From Promethearchaeota archaeon (lineage in GTDB: Archaea; Asgardarchaeota; Lokiarchaeia; Sigyniarchaeales; Promethearchaeaceae), in NCBI GenBank assembly GCA_016933055.1, contig JAFGBS010000031.1, forward strand, positions 60,001 to 92,000: 32,000 nucleotides of DNA. Reading direction: 5' to 3'. Shown here piece by piece: positions 24,332-32,000 of the stretch. Numbering within the stretch: position 1 is the first letter of the stretch; every line of letters starts with the position of its first letter. The translations under genes and the position numbers were made by a program. The notes under the pieces were generated by a model that searched no databases, was not told where the DNA came from, and worked only from the letters and a program-made list of their open reading frames with translations.

Positions 24332-25039
24332 CTAATCCAATTGTTTCTTAAACAATACTAATCCCATTTTTATAAAAGACTTGCATAGGCTGTAGACTCG
24401 GGTGAGGGGTACGTCAGTTTCATCTGCGATAGTTCCCAAATCTTTCACTCCATCAATTGCTTGGAACACTAATTTGGAATCATTACTGGAAAACAAGTCG
24501 TATATACCTCGTTCATATATCTTCTTAATTCTTTTATAGGGAACTAAACTCGCATCGAACTTGGAAATATTACCTCCGCTAAATTCTTGAGGATTTTCTA
24601 GACTATCTTTATGATGGATTATATTTTCTAAAATTGTTTCAAAATCCTTGAATATCTCGGTTTCTCCATCCCATTTGTTTTCCGTAATGAATGGAAATCG
24701 GCGGATAAACGCGGAACTAATTTTTTTTAACATAGCTTCAACCATAGTCCCTTCGATATCCTTTCCCTTGGATGCTCCTACAAATAACAGATTATGATCA
24801 TTTGGCGGTTTAAAAAACAAGAAACTTACATCTTCCATCTTCATTTCCTTCATATTTCCAAGGGCATCAACATTTTTTGCGAACGAGTTGATAGCTGATA
24901 AAAATCCTGATATCATCGTAATCTGGTCTTCATTTGGACGGCTATTGTCATATAAACATTCATTTCTAGTAAATATGGGAAGCCCGTTTTTTAAAATGAA
25001 CAAATCGTTTAACATCGGAGACACATTAGCTTTAGCCAT
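24332..25039 (-). CDS. Longin domain + C-terminal winged-helix protein
   Basis: Longin pattern LFILKNGLPIF...MISGFLSAINSFA...WDGETEIFKDF. The C-terminal IDGVKDLGTIADETDVPLTRVYSLCKSFIKMGLV is a wHTH. The start is placed at the ATG at 25039 (alternative 25015; track 25108). Confidence 0.75.
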   Translation of the reverse strand: MAKANVSPMLNDLFILKNGLPIFTRNECLYDNSRPNEDQITMISGFLSAINSFAKNVDALGNMKEMKMEDVSFLFFKPPNDHNLLFVGASKGKDIEGTMVEAMLKKISSAFIRRFPFITENKWDGETEIFKDFETILENIIHHKDSLENPQEFSGGNISKFDASLVPYKRIKKIYERGIYDLFSSNDSKLVFQAIDGVKDLGTIADETDVPLTRVYSLCKSFIKMGLVLFKKQLD

Positions 25040-25156
25040 CTCTTGTCGAATAATGAACACCTTAGAATCTAAATAAGTGAGTGTACTATCTTCATAACAC
25101 AGCTTCAAGAAAAAAAAGGTTAAGAAAAAGAAAATTAGAATTTCACAATTTGAGAA

Positions 25157-25954
25157 TTACAATTTTGTTCCACAATTCGGACAGAAGGGGTCTCCCAGAA
25201 CCACTTTGGAATGGCAATTTGGGCATAATAGACCCTTTGTGCTAGTAGAAACTGAGGAATCAGTGACTGTAGCTATTTTTGGCTCAGCTTTTTTCTTTTT
25301 TGCCTTTTTGACTTTAGTGGTCTCTAAATCTCCTCCTGGTTTGTACTTAAGACTGCCAATTAGAGCACCAAATACACCTGCAATCAACCCACCTTCAACA
25401 CAAGCGGTTAATACTGCTGCAATATATGGCAAATCGGTCATCCCAGAAAATAAACCATTCAATACCGCCATGAGATCAAAAATACCTGGTAAACCAGCAC
25501 CACCTAATGCGGCATTCACAATCGCCTGAATTGCAATCGGAAACACTCCGATTGCTAGTGCATATCCTAAGCCAATAGCTAAACCCGTATCAAATCCTTG
25601 TCGCGCTTTCTTGCAAAATAATGCAGCTGTTATCGTTCCCACTAATAACCATGGTAACACAATTGCTAATGCCATACCTATATCGTCTGGTCTGTAATAT
25701 AATGCCCAATGAAGCGGGAAGAACCAGAGCATCATAATTCCCAAAATACCTTGAATTATAAACGGAATAAAACCAGCAAGAAATCCTGGTAGGGGAACTA
25801 AACTAAATGCAGTATCTATTGCATCTCCGATTCCAATAAATAGACTTCCGGTGATTGCAGCACCCAAATCTAATACATTAAAGGAAAACCATGCCAGAGG
25901 TATCAAGCACAACATCCCAAGGCAACCTGTCCAAATTACACGCCATAATCCCAT
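25157..25954 (-). CDS. Gly-rich multi-TM membrane protein with C-terminal zinc ribbon
   Basis: 5-6 hydrophobic segments, a Lys-rich linker and CPNCHSKVVLGDPFCPNCGTKL. Confidence 0.75.
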   Translation of the reverse strand: MGLWRVIWTGCLGMLCLIPLAWFSFNVLDLGAAITGSLFIGIGDAIDTAFSLVPLPGFLAGFIPFIIQGILGIMMLWFFPLHWALYYRPDDIGMALAIVLPWLLVGTITAALFCKKARQGFDTGLAIGLGYALAIGVFPIAIQAIVNAALGGAGLPGIFDLMAVLNGLFSGMTDLPYIAAVLTACVEGGLIAGVFGALIGSLKYKPGGDLETTKVKKAKKKKAEPKIATVTDSSVSTSTKGLLCPNCHSKVVLGDPFCPNCGTKL

Positions 25955-26166
25955 TTTTTAATCATTTCCTTTGTTTTCGTTGTTTCTTTGTAGGTTTCTT
26001 ATAGATCAAGAAAATTTGTAAACATAAATGCTTGGGTCTTATAACAAAAATCCTCACCTTTATATCTTATTCGATTTGAATTTTGATGCGCTTTCGAATG
26101 CAAGTTTTGATTTGACGATTCTTCTAGTACTATTACAATCAAGTAACAAAAAGAAAAAATAGGAAA

Positions 26167-27135
26167 TTATAAAATTAGAGATTGATGGAAATTTTTTTGA
26201 AATCTTTGGTGAATATCTGTAATTGTGAATTGTTGGGATTGAGGTCCAAGAGACTCTACCACAAAGGAACCTACAACACTCCCTAATTTACATGCATTTT
26301 CAAATAGAAGTCCACCGGCTAACCCAAATAATAAACCCGCTCGAAATCCATCCCCTGCACCGGTAGGATCCATTATTTTTTCAGGACGGCAACTTGGAAT
26401 TTGGTAAATGTTCCCTTGATAATGGCATTCCGAACCCTTCGCTCCTTGAGTGATAATCAAGTTTGAATTTAAAGAGAGCAACTCTTTCAAGGTGTAATTC
26501 ATTATCTTGAGTATCATATTAATTTCATATTCATTTCCTATTAGTAAATACGATTTTGGGATGAGATCAAGTAAGGATTCTCTAGAAAATTCTGGAGTAA
26601 CTTGCCCTGGGTCGAAAATATATGGAATTTTCATGTCAACTAATTCATGGGCCCATTTTATCATCGCTGGTGAATAATCTGGACTTAATGAAGCTATTTT
26701 AAAGGTGTTCGGTTCCGGATATTTCTCTTTTAAATTGATTGATGTTCCTCTGTTCATTGCCCCCCTGTGAAAAATGATTAACTGATTTTTTGCATAGTCA
26801 TTAACAATGTAACATGTCGCAGAATAGGAATCTGGGTGAATTTCTCCCTCGAAATTGACATTTGGAAAGTATTCTATTCGGTCCTTATATCCCAAATCAA
26901 TAAAATCTTTACCTACGGAGGTTACCAATGCTGCATGGGCTCCCAATAAAGATAGGTTATAGCCAATATTTCCGGCGGTACCTCCAAATAATTTTTCTTT
27001 AGTTTCCGGCATCACAGCAAGATTGAATAGGTGATTTATGGGATCCATGGAAATGGTTTGGTTCATATCCCCACTAAAACTCATAATAAAATCATACGCT
27101 ATGGAACCCAGAACGAGTATCTTACGGTTATCCAT
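26167..27135 (-). CDS. PfkB-family carbohydrate/nucleoside kinase
   Basis: GSIAYD, FGGTAGNIGY, FDPGQ, GNEYE, TQGAKGS and DPTGAGDGFRAG. The start is placed at the ATG at 27135 (track 27159). Confidence 0.93.
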   Translation of the reverse strand: MDNRKILVLGSIAYDFIMSFSGDMNQTISMDPINHLFNLAVMPETKEKLFGGTAGNIGYNLSLLGAHAALVTSVGKDFIDLGYKDRIEYFPNVNFEGEIHPDSYSATCYIVNDYAKNQLIIFHRGAMNRGTSINLKEKYPEPNTFKIASLSPDYSPAMIKWAHELVDMKIPYIFDPGQVTPEFSRESLLDLIPKSYLLIGNEYEINMILKIMNYTLKELLSLNSNLIITQGAKGSECHYQGNIYQIPSCRPEKIMDPTGAGDGFRAGLLFGLAGGLLFENACKLGSVVGSFVVESLGPQSQQFTITDIHQRFQKNFHQSLIL

Positions 27136-27228
27136 GCAAAAACCAACATTGCATCTCAATTAAAATTATAGATTGATTACAACTAACTTTTTGAAAATGG
27201 ATTTTAAGGACGGATAATTTAGAGACTC

Positions 27229-28242
27229 ATGGGAACACCCAATCAGAATGAAGTTCGATTTGATCCCATCCTTCGCGAATGGGTTATAGTTGCTCAAAAT
27301 CGTACAGTTCGACCCGTTTTAGGTAAGACTTTTACGGATGAAAAACCATCTTATACATGTCCATTTTGTCCCGATTCACCAGAAGGCGCAGGGGATTGGG
27401 TAGTTAAAGCTCTTCCTAATAGATTCCCGGCATTAAGTAACGAAATAGAAGGCAATTTTGCAGACGAGACTCAATTATTCGATTTTTATCGCACTCGACC
27501 GGGAAAAGGTAATTGTGAAGTTCTCCTATATTCTCAAGATCATGAAAAAACACTTGCCGAATTGTCTATTTCGAATATAATTGCATTAATTGAACTTTGG
27601 AAAGAACGATTTCTATTCAATATGAATAATGAAGAGATGAGATATTCCTTTATATTTGAGAACCGAGGAGAAATAATTGGAGTTACTTTGCATCATCCTC
27701 ATGGTCAAATGTATTCCTTTCCATTTATACCTCCTCGTATTGAGCGTGCCGTAAATTCTTCTCAAGAATTTTGGATGGAAAATGGAACATGTTTATTTTG
27801 TAAAGTCATTGAAACCGAAAAAAAAGACCAAAGTCGAATTATCGAAGAAAATGATGATTTCTTAGCTTTTATTCCATATTTTGCTAAATGGCCGTTCGAG
27901 ATCCACATCTATCCAAAGAATCATTTTTCCTATATTTCACAAATCCCTCCAAATCAGTCGTATAACTTTGCTACAATAATTAAGCACACAGTGCAGCGTT
28001 TAGATCAATTATATGGCTTTGTTATGCCCTATGTTTTTTCTCATCATAATGCTCCTTATAATTTCGGTCCTCTTCACGCCTATGATCATTTTCATTACCA
28101 TATTGAAATATATCCCCCTTATCGTGCGAAAGACCGGATAAAATATATAGCAGGAGTGGAAATGGCAACACATACATTTATTAATCCTACAAATCCACAA
28201 GAAAATGCAAAAATGCTTCGGGATATCGAGTTGAACTTGTGA
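27229..28242 (+). CDS. galT: Galactose-1-phosphate uridylyltransferase
   Basis: CPFCP, PNRFPAL, FENRG...GVTLHHPHGQ (catalytic HxH), CLFC and KYIAGVE. Confidence 0.93.
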   Translation: MGTPNQNEVRFDPILREWVIVAQNRTVRPVLGKTFTDEKPSYTCPFCPDSPEGAGDWVVKALPNRFPALSNEIEGNFADETQLFDFYRTRPGKGNCEVLLYSQDHEKTLAELSISNIIALIELWKERFLFNMNNEEMRYSFIFENRGEIIGVTLHHPHGQMYSFPFIPPRIERAVNSSQEFWMENGTCLFCKVIETEKKDQSRIIEENDDFLAFIPYFAKWPFEIHIYPKNHFSYISQIPPNQSYNFATIIKHTVQRLDQLYGFVMPYVFSHHNAPYNFGPLHAYDHFHYHIEIYPPYRAKDRIKYIAGVEMATHTFINPTNPQENAKMLRDIELNL

Positions 28243-28252
28243 AGGGATTGTT

Positions 28253-28798
28253 ATGGCTTCAAAATCATTGATTGCGATTGTTGGTTTACCAGCTTCGGGT
28301 AAAACTAGTGCTATAGAAGGAATTAAAGACATTGGTACGATTGTTACGATGGGGGATATAATCCGAGAAGAAGCCTTACATCAAGGTTTAGAACCTACTT
28401 CAGAGAATATTGGGAAGTTAGCTAAATCTCTCCGTAATGATCATGGAGAAGACATCATTGCACAACGATGTATTGATAAAATCCAAAACCTCACAGATAA
28501 AATCATTTTAATTGATGGAATTCGCTCCACAGCCGAAGTTGAACGGTTTCGGGAGAGATGGAAATTATATGTGATTGCAATTACTACTCCTGAAGAAATT
28601 CGTTTCAATCGTATACTTAAAAGGGGACGATCCGATGATCCTACAAATATTGACCAAATTCTTGAACGGGATCGACGGGAACTGCAATTTGGATTAAGAG
28701 AAGTTATTGACAATGCGGAGTTTGTTATAATTAATAATCAAGATGTATCTAGTCTACAAAAAAAAATTAAAAAATTGGTGGAAGAACTTTTAGCATGA
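28253..28798 (+). CDS. P-loop kinase, UPF0200 / archaeal dephospho-CoA kinase-like
   Basis: GLPASGKTS, TMGDIIRE, IDGIRSTAE, RGRSDD and RDRRELQFG. Confidence 0.8.
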   Translation: MASKSLIAIVGLPASGKTSAIEGIKDIGTIVTMGDIIREEALHQGLEPTSENIGKLAKSLRNDHGEDIIAQRCIDKIQNLTDKIILIDGIRSTAEVERFRERWKLYVIAITTPEEIRFNRILKRGRSDDPTNIDQILERDRRELQFGLREVIDNAEFVIINNQDVSSLQKKIKKLVEELLA

Positions 28799-29235
28799 TA
28801 ACCGTCGAAATTAAGGTGGAATTGAATCCAACTGAGGAAGTACATAAAATTTTAGAATTGATCAATAATTTTACACAAATCAATGAAGAACAGATCACTA
28901 TAGAGCAAATTTCTGAGGGATACTTCCTCTATAGTGCGAAAATAGAGGGGAGAAAAACCCTTGACTCTATGTTTAACGGTCTACGTAGTCAAAGAACTGT
29001 CGAATCCGCACGAAAATATCTTATGGGAAAAAGAAAAGAACATAGTGTCTCATTCATGTTAAATAAACAAGCTCTCCTTATGAACAAATATCATTTCTGT
29101 CATTCACCAGAGGAGAGTCCTATGGGACCCGTGTGGATAAAAATATCTTCTGATGACATAACAAGAGTTTTGAACTATTTAGTACCTCACACTATTAAAG
29201 GACAACCCCAAGAGGTGTCATATCTCCCTGACTAG
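28795..29235 (+). CDS. UPF0201/DUF54 putative RNA-binding protein
   Basis: VELNPTEEVHKI...LRSQRTVESAR...LNKQA...ESPMGPV; overlaps the upstream kinase stop by 4 bp. Confidence 0.8.
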   Translation: MITVEIKVELNPTEEVHKILELINNFTQINEEQITIEQISEGYFLYSAKIEGRKTLDSMFNGLRSQRTVESARKYLMGKRKEHSVSFMLNKQALLMNKYHFCHSPEESPMGPVWIKISSDDITRVLNYLVPHTIKGQPQEVSYLPD

Positions 29236-29312
29236 TTTATCTAAACATACTCTAGTAATTTGTTGTTTTCATAAGCTTAATAGAATCTAAGACATATAGG
29301 TTCCATGAAACT

Positions 29313-29837
29313 ATGGAAAAAGATAATAATTTGTTCAAGGATAATCTTCACGCTGTCGGGAAACTTAAATATGTACAAGATTTAAAGAGTTCAGATATTA
29401 ATTGCATATTATGCGAAATTTTGGCAGATTCTGAGAAAGTCGAAGTCTTAAAAATATATCAAGATGATACAATGGCAATCTCCCTTAACCTTTATCCTTT
29501 CAATCCCGGACATTTAATGATCTTTCCTGTTCGTCACATAGTGGATTTCCGAGAATTAACTGAGCCAGAGATAATACGTCTTTCATATTTGATCGCTAAA
29601 TGTCAAGACATGCTAACCGAGATGTATAATCCCCTCGGGTATAATGTCGGTTTTAATCAAGGAAAGGCAGCAGGGGCTAGTATAGAGCATCTTCATCTAC
29701 ATATTGTACCCAGATTCAAGAGGGAGTTAGGTTATATTGATATTATTGGGAAGACGAGAGTCCTTGTAGAAGATGTGCATTCAGTCTATAAAAAAATGAA
29801 AACACTAACTCCAAAATATTTTGATAAAAACGAATAA
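29313..29837 (+). CDS. HIT-family hydrolase (Ap4A hydrolase/phosphorylase-like)
   Basis: CILC, NLYPFNPGHLMIFP, GYNVGFNQGKAAGASIEHLHLHIVPR (HxHxH triad). Confidence 0.93.
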   Translation: MEKDNNLFKDNLHAVGKLKYVQDLKSSDINCILCEILADSEKVEVLKIYQDDTMAISLNLYPFNPGHLMIFPVRHIVDFRELTEPEIIRLSYLIAKCQDMLTEMYNPLGYNVGFNQGKAAGASIEHLHLHIVPRFKRELGYIDIIGKTRVLVEDVHSVYKKMKTLTPKYFDKNE

Positions 29838-29842
29838 ATTCA

Positions 29843-31312
29843 TTATTTTTTACCAAGATCTCTTCGAAGAATCTTTATTCGCTTTTTATGTTCGGTTATT
29901 TCTTTTTGTAGCATGTCTAATTCTTTTTCATGACTTTCCTTCATCTCTTTCAGACGACGATTAAGTTTGCCTTCTATTTTTTCCTTATTTTCGATTTTCT
30001 GTTGCAAATCCTGTATCTGTTCCTCTAATGTTCCTTGTTCGTTCCGTAGGCTTTCTAATTCCAGATTTTCTTTTATTGTTGAGCTACGCAATTGTTCCAC
30101 TTGAGTTTCTAATCGGGATATGATCGCTGCATCACCTGTATTTTGCTCTTTTAATTTCTTGACTTGATCATATAATACTTGTTTTTGGCGTTCTTGTTCA
30201 ACCACTCGTTCGTTTAATGCGTTGATCTCTTGAGCTAGATTTTCAGCTTCTAAAGCATTATCCCGTTTCTGTTCCACCTGCTGGGTTAGTTCTGCGATTA
30301 TTGTGGTATTCTCAAAAGTGGTCTTTTGTAAATCTTCAATTTGTTTTTCTAATTCAAAAATTAGTTTTTCTTTGGTGGTAATTACTTGATCTTTGTTCGC
30401 AAGAATTTTTTTCAATTCCTCATAATCCGATCGTTTTACAGTATCTGCTTCCATATACTGAATTTGTTCATTGTATCCACTAATTTCTTTCTGTAAATCC
30501 TTAATGATAGCGTCTTTGTTCGCTAATTGCTCCTTATAAGAGGTGATTACACTAGAATCCTCCGCTATTTGGAATTGGCTTTGAGAGAGTTTCTCATTTA
30601 TGGCTTGATTTTCCTTTTCCAGTTCTATGATCGTGCTCTTGAGATTTACTAACTCGGTTTTATATCCCTCGAGTTCATGAACTAAATCCTTAAATTTTGA
30701 AGAGATTTCTGTTGATTCCGTTTTATAATGTACCAATTCGGCTTGTTGTTGATTGTTTAACCTCTCCAAATCCTTAATTTTTGATAAATTAATCGTGTTT
30801 TGCTCTCGCAAGCGAGTATTTTCTCTTATGAACTCTTGCTTTTCAGCTGAAATTACTGCAATTTCATCATCGAATGATTGGTTTAATGCAGTTCTATTTA
30901 GTAATGCTTGATTTTGGGCATTGATTTGTTCAATTTGCAGTTCATAGGAACGTGCAAGTTCCTCTCTTTCTTTTATTGCATCTCCCAACTTAAACATGAA
31001 TTCATCCTTTTCAGCTTTAATTGCATCCAATCGTTTCTGCAATTGTCCGAGTTTCACTGAATACTGTTCTTGAATTTTCTCGGTATTCCTTTTTTGGTCA
31101 TCCCCTTGTATAAGCGCATCCAATTCTTGATTCTTCTTCTGTAACTCAAGGATTTTCTTATTCAATTTTTCAATTAACTGAGCTTGTTCCTGGGTTCGAT
31201 CGACAGAATTTTCTGATTCTTTTTCTTCTACCCATCCTAGTCCGGATAGAGCTTCTTTTATTGCATCATCTTCTTTGATGTCCTTTTCATTTTGATTATT
31301 CAAGATGCTCAC
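29843..31312 (-). CDS. Long coiled-coil protein, function unknown
   Basis: 489 aa rich in E/Q/K/L with no Pro or Cys, continuous heptad character and no NTPase motif. GTG start. Confidence 0.8.
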   Translation of the reverse strand: MSILNNQNEKDIKEDDAIKEALSGLGWVEEKESENSVDRTQEQAQLIEKLNKKILELQKKNQELDALIQGDDQKRNTEKIQEQYSVKLGQLQKRLDAIKAEKDEFMFKLGDAIKEREELARSYELQIEQINAQNQALLNRTALNQSFDDEIAVISAEKQEFIRENTRLREQNTINLSKIKDLERLNNQQQAELVHYKTESTEISSKFKDLVHELEGYKTELVNLKSTIIELEKENQAINEKLSQSQFQIAEDSSVITSYKEQLANKDAIIKDLQKEISGYNEQIQYMEADTVKRSDYEELKKILANKDQVITTKEKLIFELEKQIEDLQKTTFENTTIIAELTQQVEQKRDNALEAENLAQEINALNERVVEQERQKQVLYDQVKKLKEQNTGDAAIISRLETQVEQLRSSTIKENLELESLRNEQGTLEEQIQDLQQKIENKEKIEGKLNRRLKEMKESHEKELDMLQKEITEHKKRIKILRRDLGKK

Positions 31313-31433
31313 GTAGTTGATCTATAATGACACATAAGGTATTGTAACTTTATCTTTTTTTTCCAATAGAATAGAAAAAATTCAACCTATTAATAATTCA
31401 TTCAACATAGGAAATAAAGAAAAAAATGAGTAA

Positions 31434-32000
31434 TTAGTATAGTTTTTTCCAATCTAAATATTTCTGCGCTTGTTCTTTGCACAAATCCGTTTCACCTTGT
31501 TGGATTTGGATGCGCACATTTTGGATATTCATTGCAGTTGTATAAGTATCTGTCGATACAAGGATGATAGGAATTCCTTCTTCTTCTGCTTTAGCCAATG
31601 CTTGTACTTCTGGTTGCAAATTTCCTGTAAGAACTATCAAAGAAACCCCCAATTCGATTGCTGTGAGTATAATATCCGATCGGTCCCCACCTGTGATCAC
31701 ACCTAGATTTTGGGATTTTCGCATGTAGGTAATAGCATCGTTACATTGCATCGCCCCAATAATGAAACGCTCTACCCGATTGTCTTTTACAACATTAATT
31801 TCTTCTGTAAGAAGCTTTCCCCCAGTCGCTTCTAATACTTCACCTACTGTGGGTGAGGATAATAATTTCGATTGAGGAATAACCCCCAACAAAGGTACAT
31901 TTCTTCGTTGGAATATTTGTTCATATTTTTCTTTAATTTTGGTTAGTTGTAGATCGGTCATATTTGTTAAAATAATTCCCTTTAGATCTAATTCATTCCG
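31434..32000 (-). CDS. DRTGG-domain protein (phosphotransacetylase/BioD-like N-terminal family), 5'-truncated by the window edge
   Basis: LLGVIPQSKLLSSPTVGEV, VITGGDRSDI and IPIILVSTDTYTTA. The frame stays open from 31961 to 32000 (RNELDLKGIILTN precedes the track Met). Confidence 0.88.
   Translation of the reverse strand, partial: RNELDLKGIILTNMTDLQLTKIKEKYEQIFQRRNVPLLGVIPQSKLLSSPTVGEVLEATGGKLLTEEINVVKDNRVERFIIGAMQCNDAITYMRKSQNLGVITGGDRSDIILTAIELGVSLIVLTGNLQPEVQALAKAEEEGIPIILVSTDTYTTAMNIQNVRIQIQQGETDLCKEQAQKYLDWKKLY

Noticed and set aside
25955-26166. Largest intergenic gap as a tRNA/ncRNA or SECIS site
   Set aside because: No cloverleaf, GC-rich stem or C/D box pairing is visible, and no gene in the window shows an in-frame TGA needing recoding.
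29843-31312. Coiled-coil ORF as SMC/Rad50
   Set aside because: No Walker A/B, signature motif, hinge or CxxC hook.
828-31706. Short shadow ORFs in the track (828-1019, 3007-3243, 4258-4527, 4374-4607, 4824-5051, 9180-9482, 10422-10661, 11439-11627, 14454-14860, 20075-20275, 20796-20984, 21541-21876, 22893-23090, 24888-25076, 25206-25529, 28009-28332, 28441-28713, 31470-31706)
   Set aside because: All lie antisense to or out of frame within well-supported genes and show no recognisable motifs.
1-32000. CRISPR arrays, IS elements, integrases or prophage
   Set aside because: No spaced direct repeats, transposase/integrase motifs or evident compositional shift.

Overview
Gene-dense, AT-rich archaeal chromosomal window with about 38 CDS. 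I recognised no rRNA, tRNA, CRISPR array or mobile element. The source is most likely an Asgard archaeon of Lokiarchaeia type. This is inferred from a Loki-type profilin, a Rab-like small GTPase and three longin-fold proteins, interspersed with archaeal housekeeping genes (ribK, ribL, prs, thyA, psmB, map, aspS, pth2, truD, maf, galT). The most striking element is a two-gene unit at 9220-10740. The first gene encodes a uDENN/longin domain with a folliculin/SMCR8-type 'ARG' arginine-finger motif, fused to an AbrB-like hairpin and a C-terminal ACT domain. It lies directly upstream of the Rab-like GTPase gene. The pair is a candidate metabolite-gated GAP-GTPase switch analogous to eukaryotic nutrient-sensing modules. 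All family calls come from motif recognition by eye; no database searches were run.
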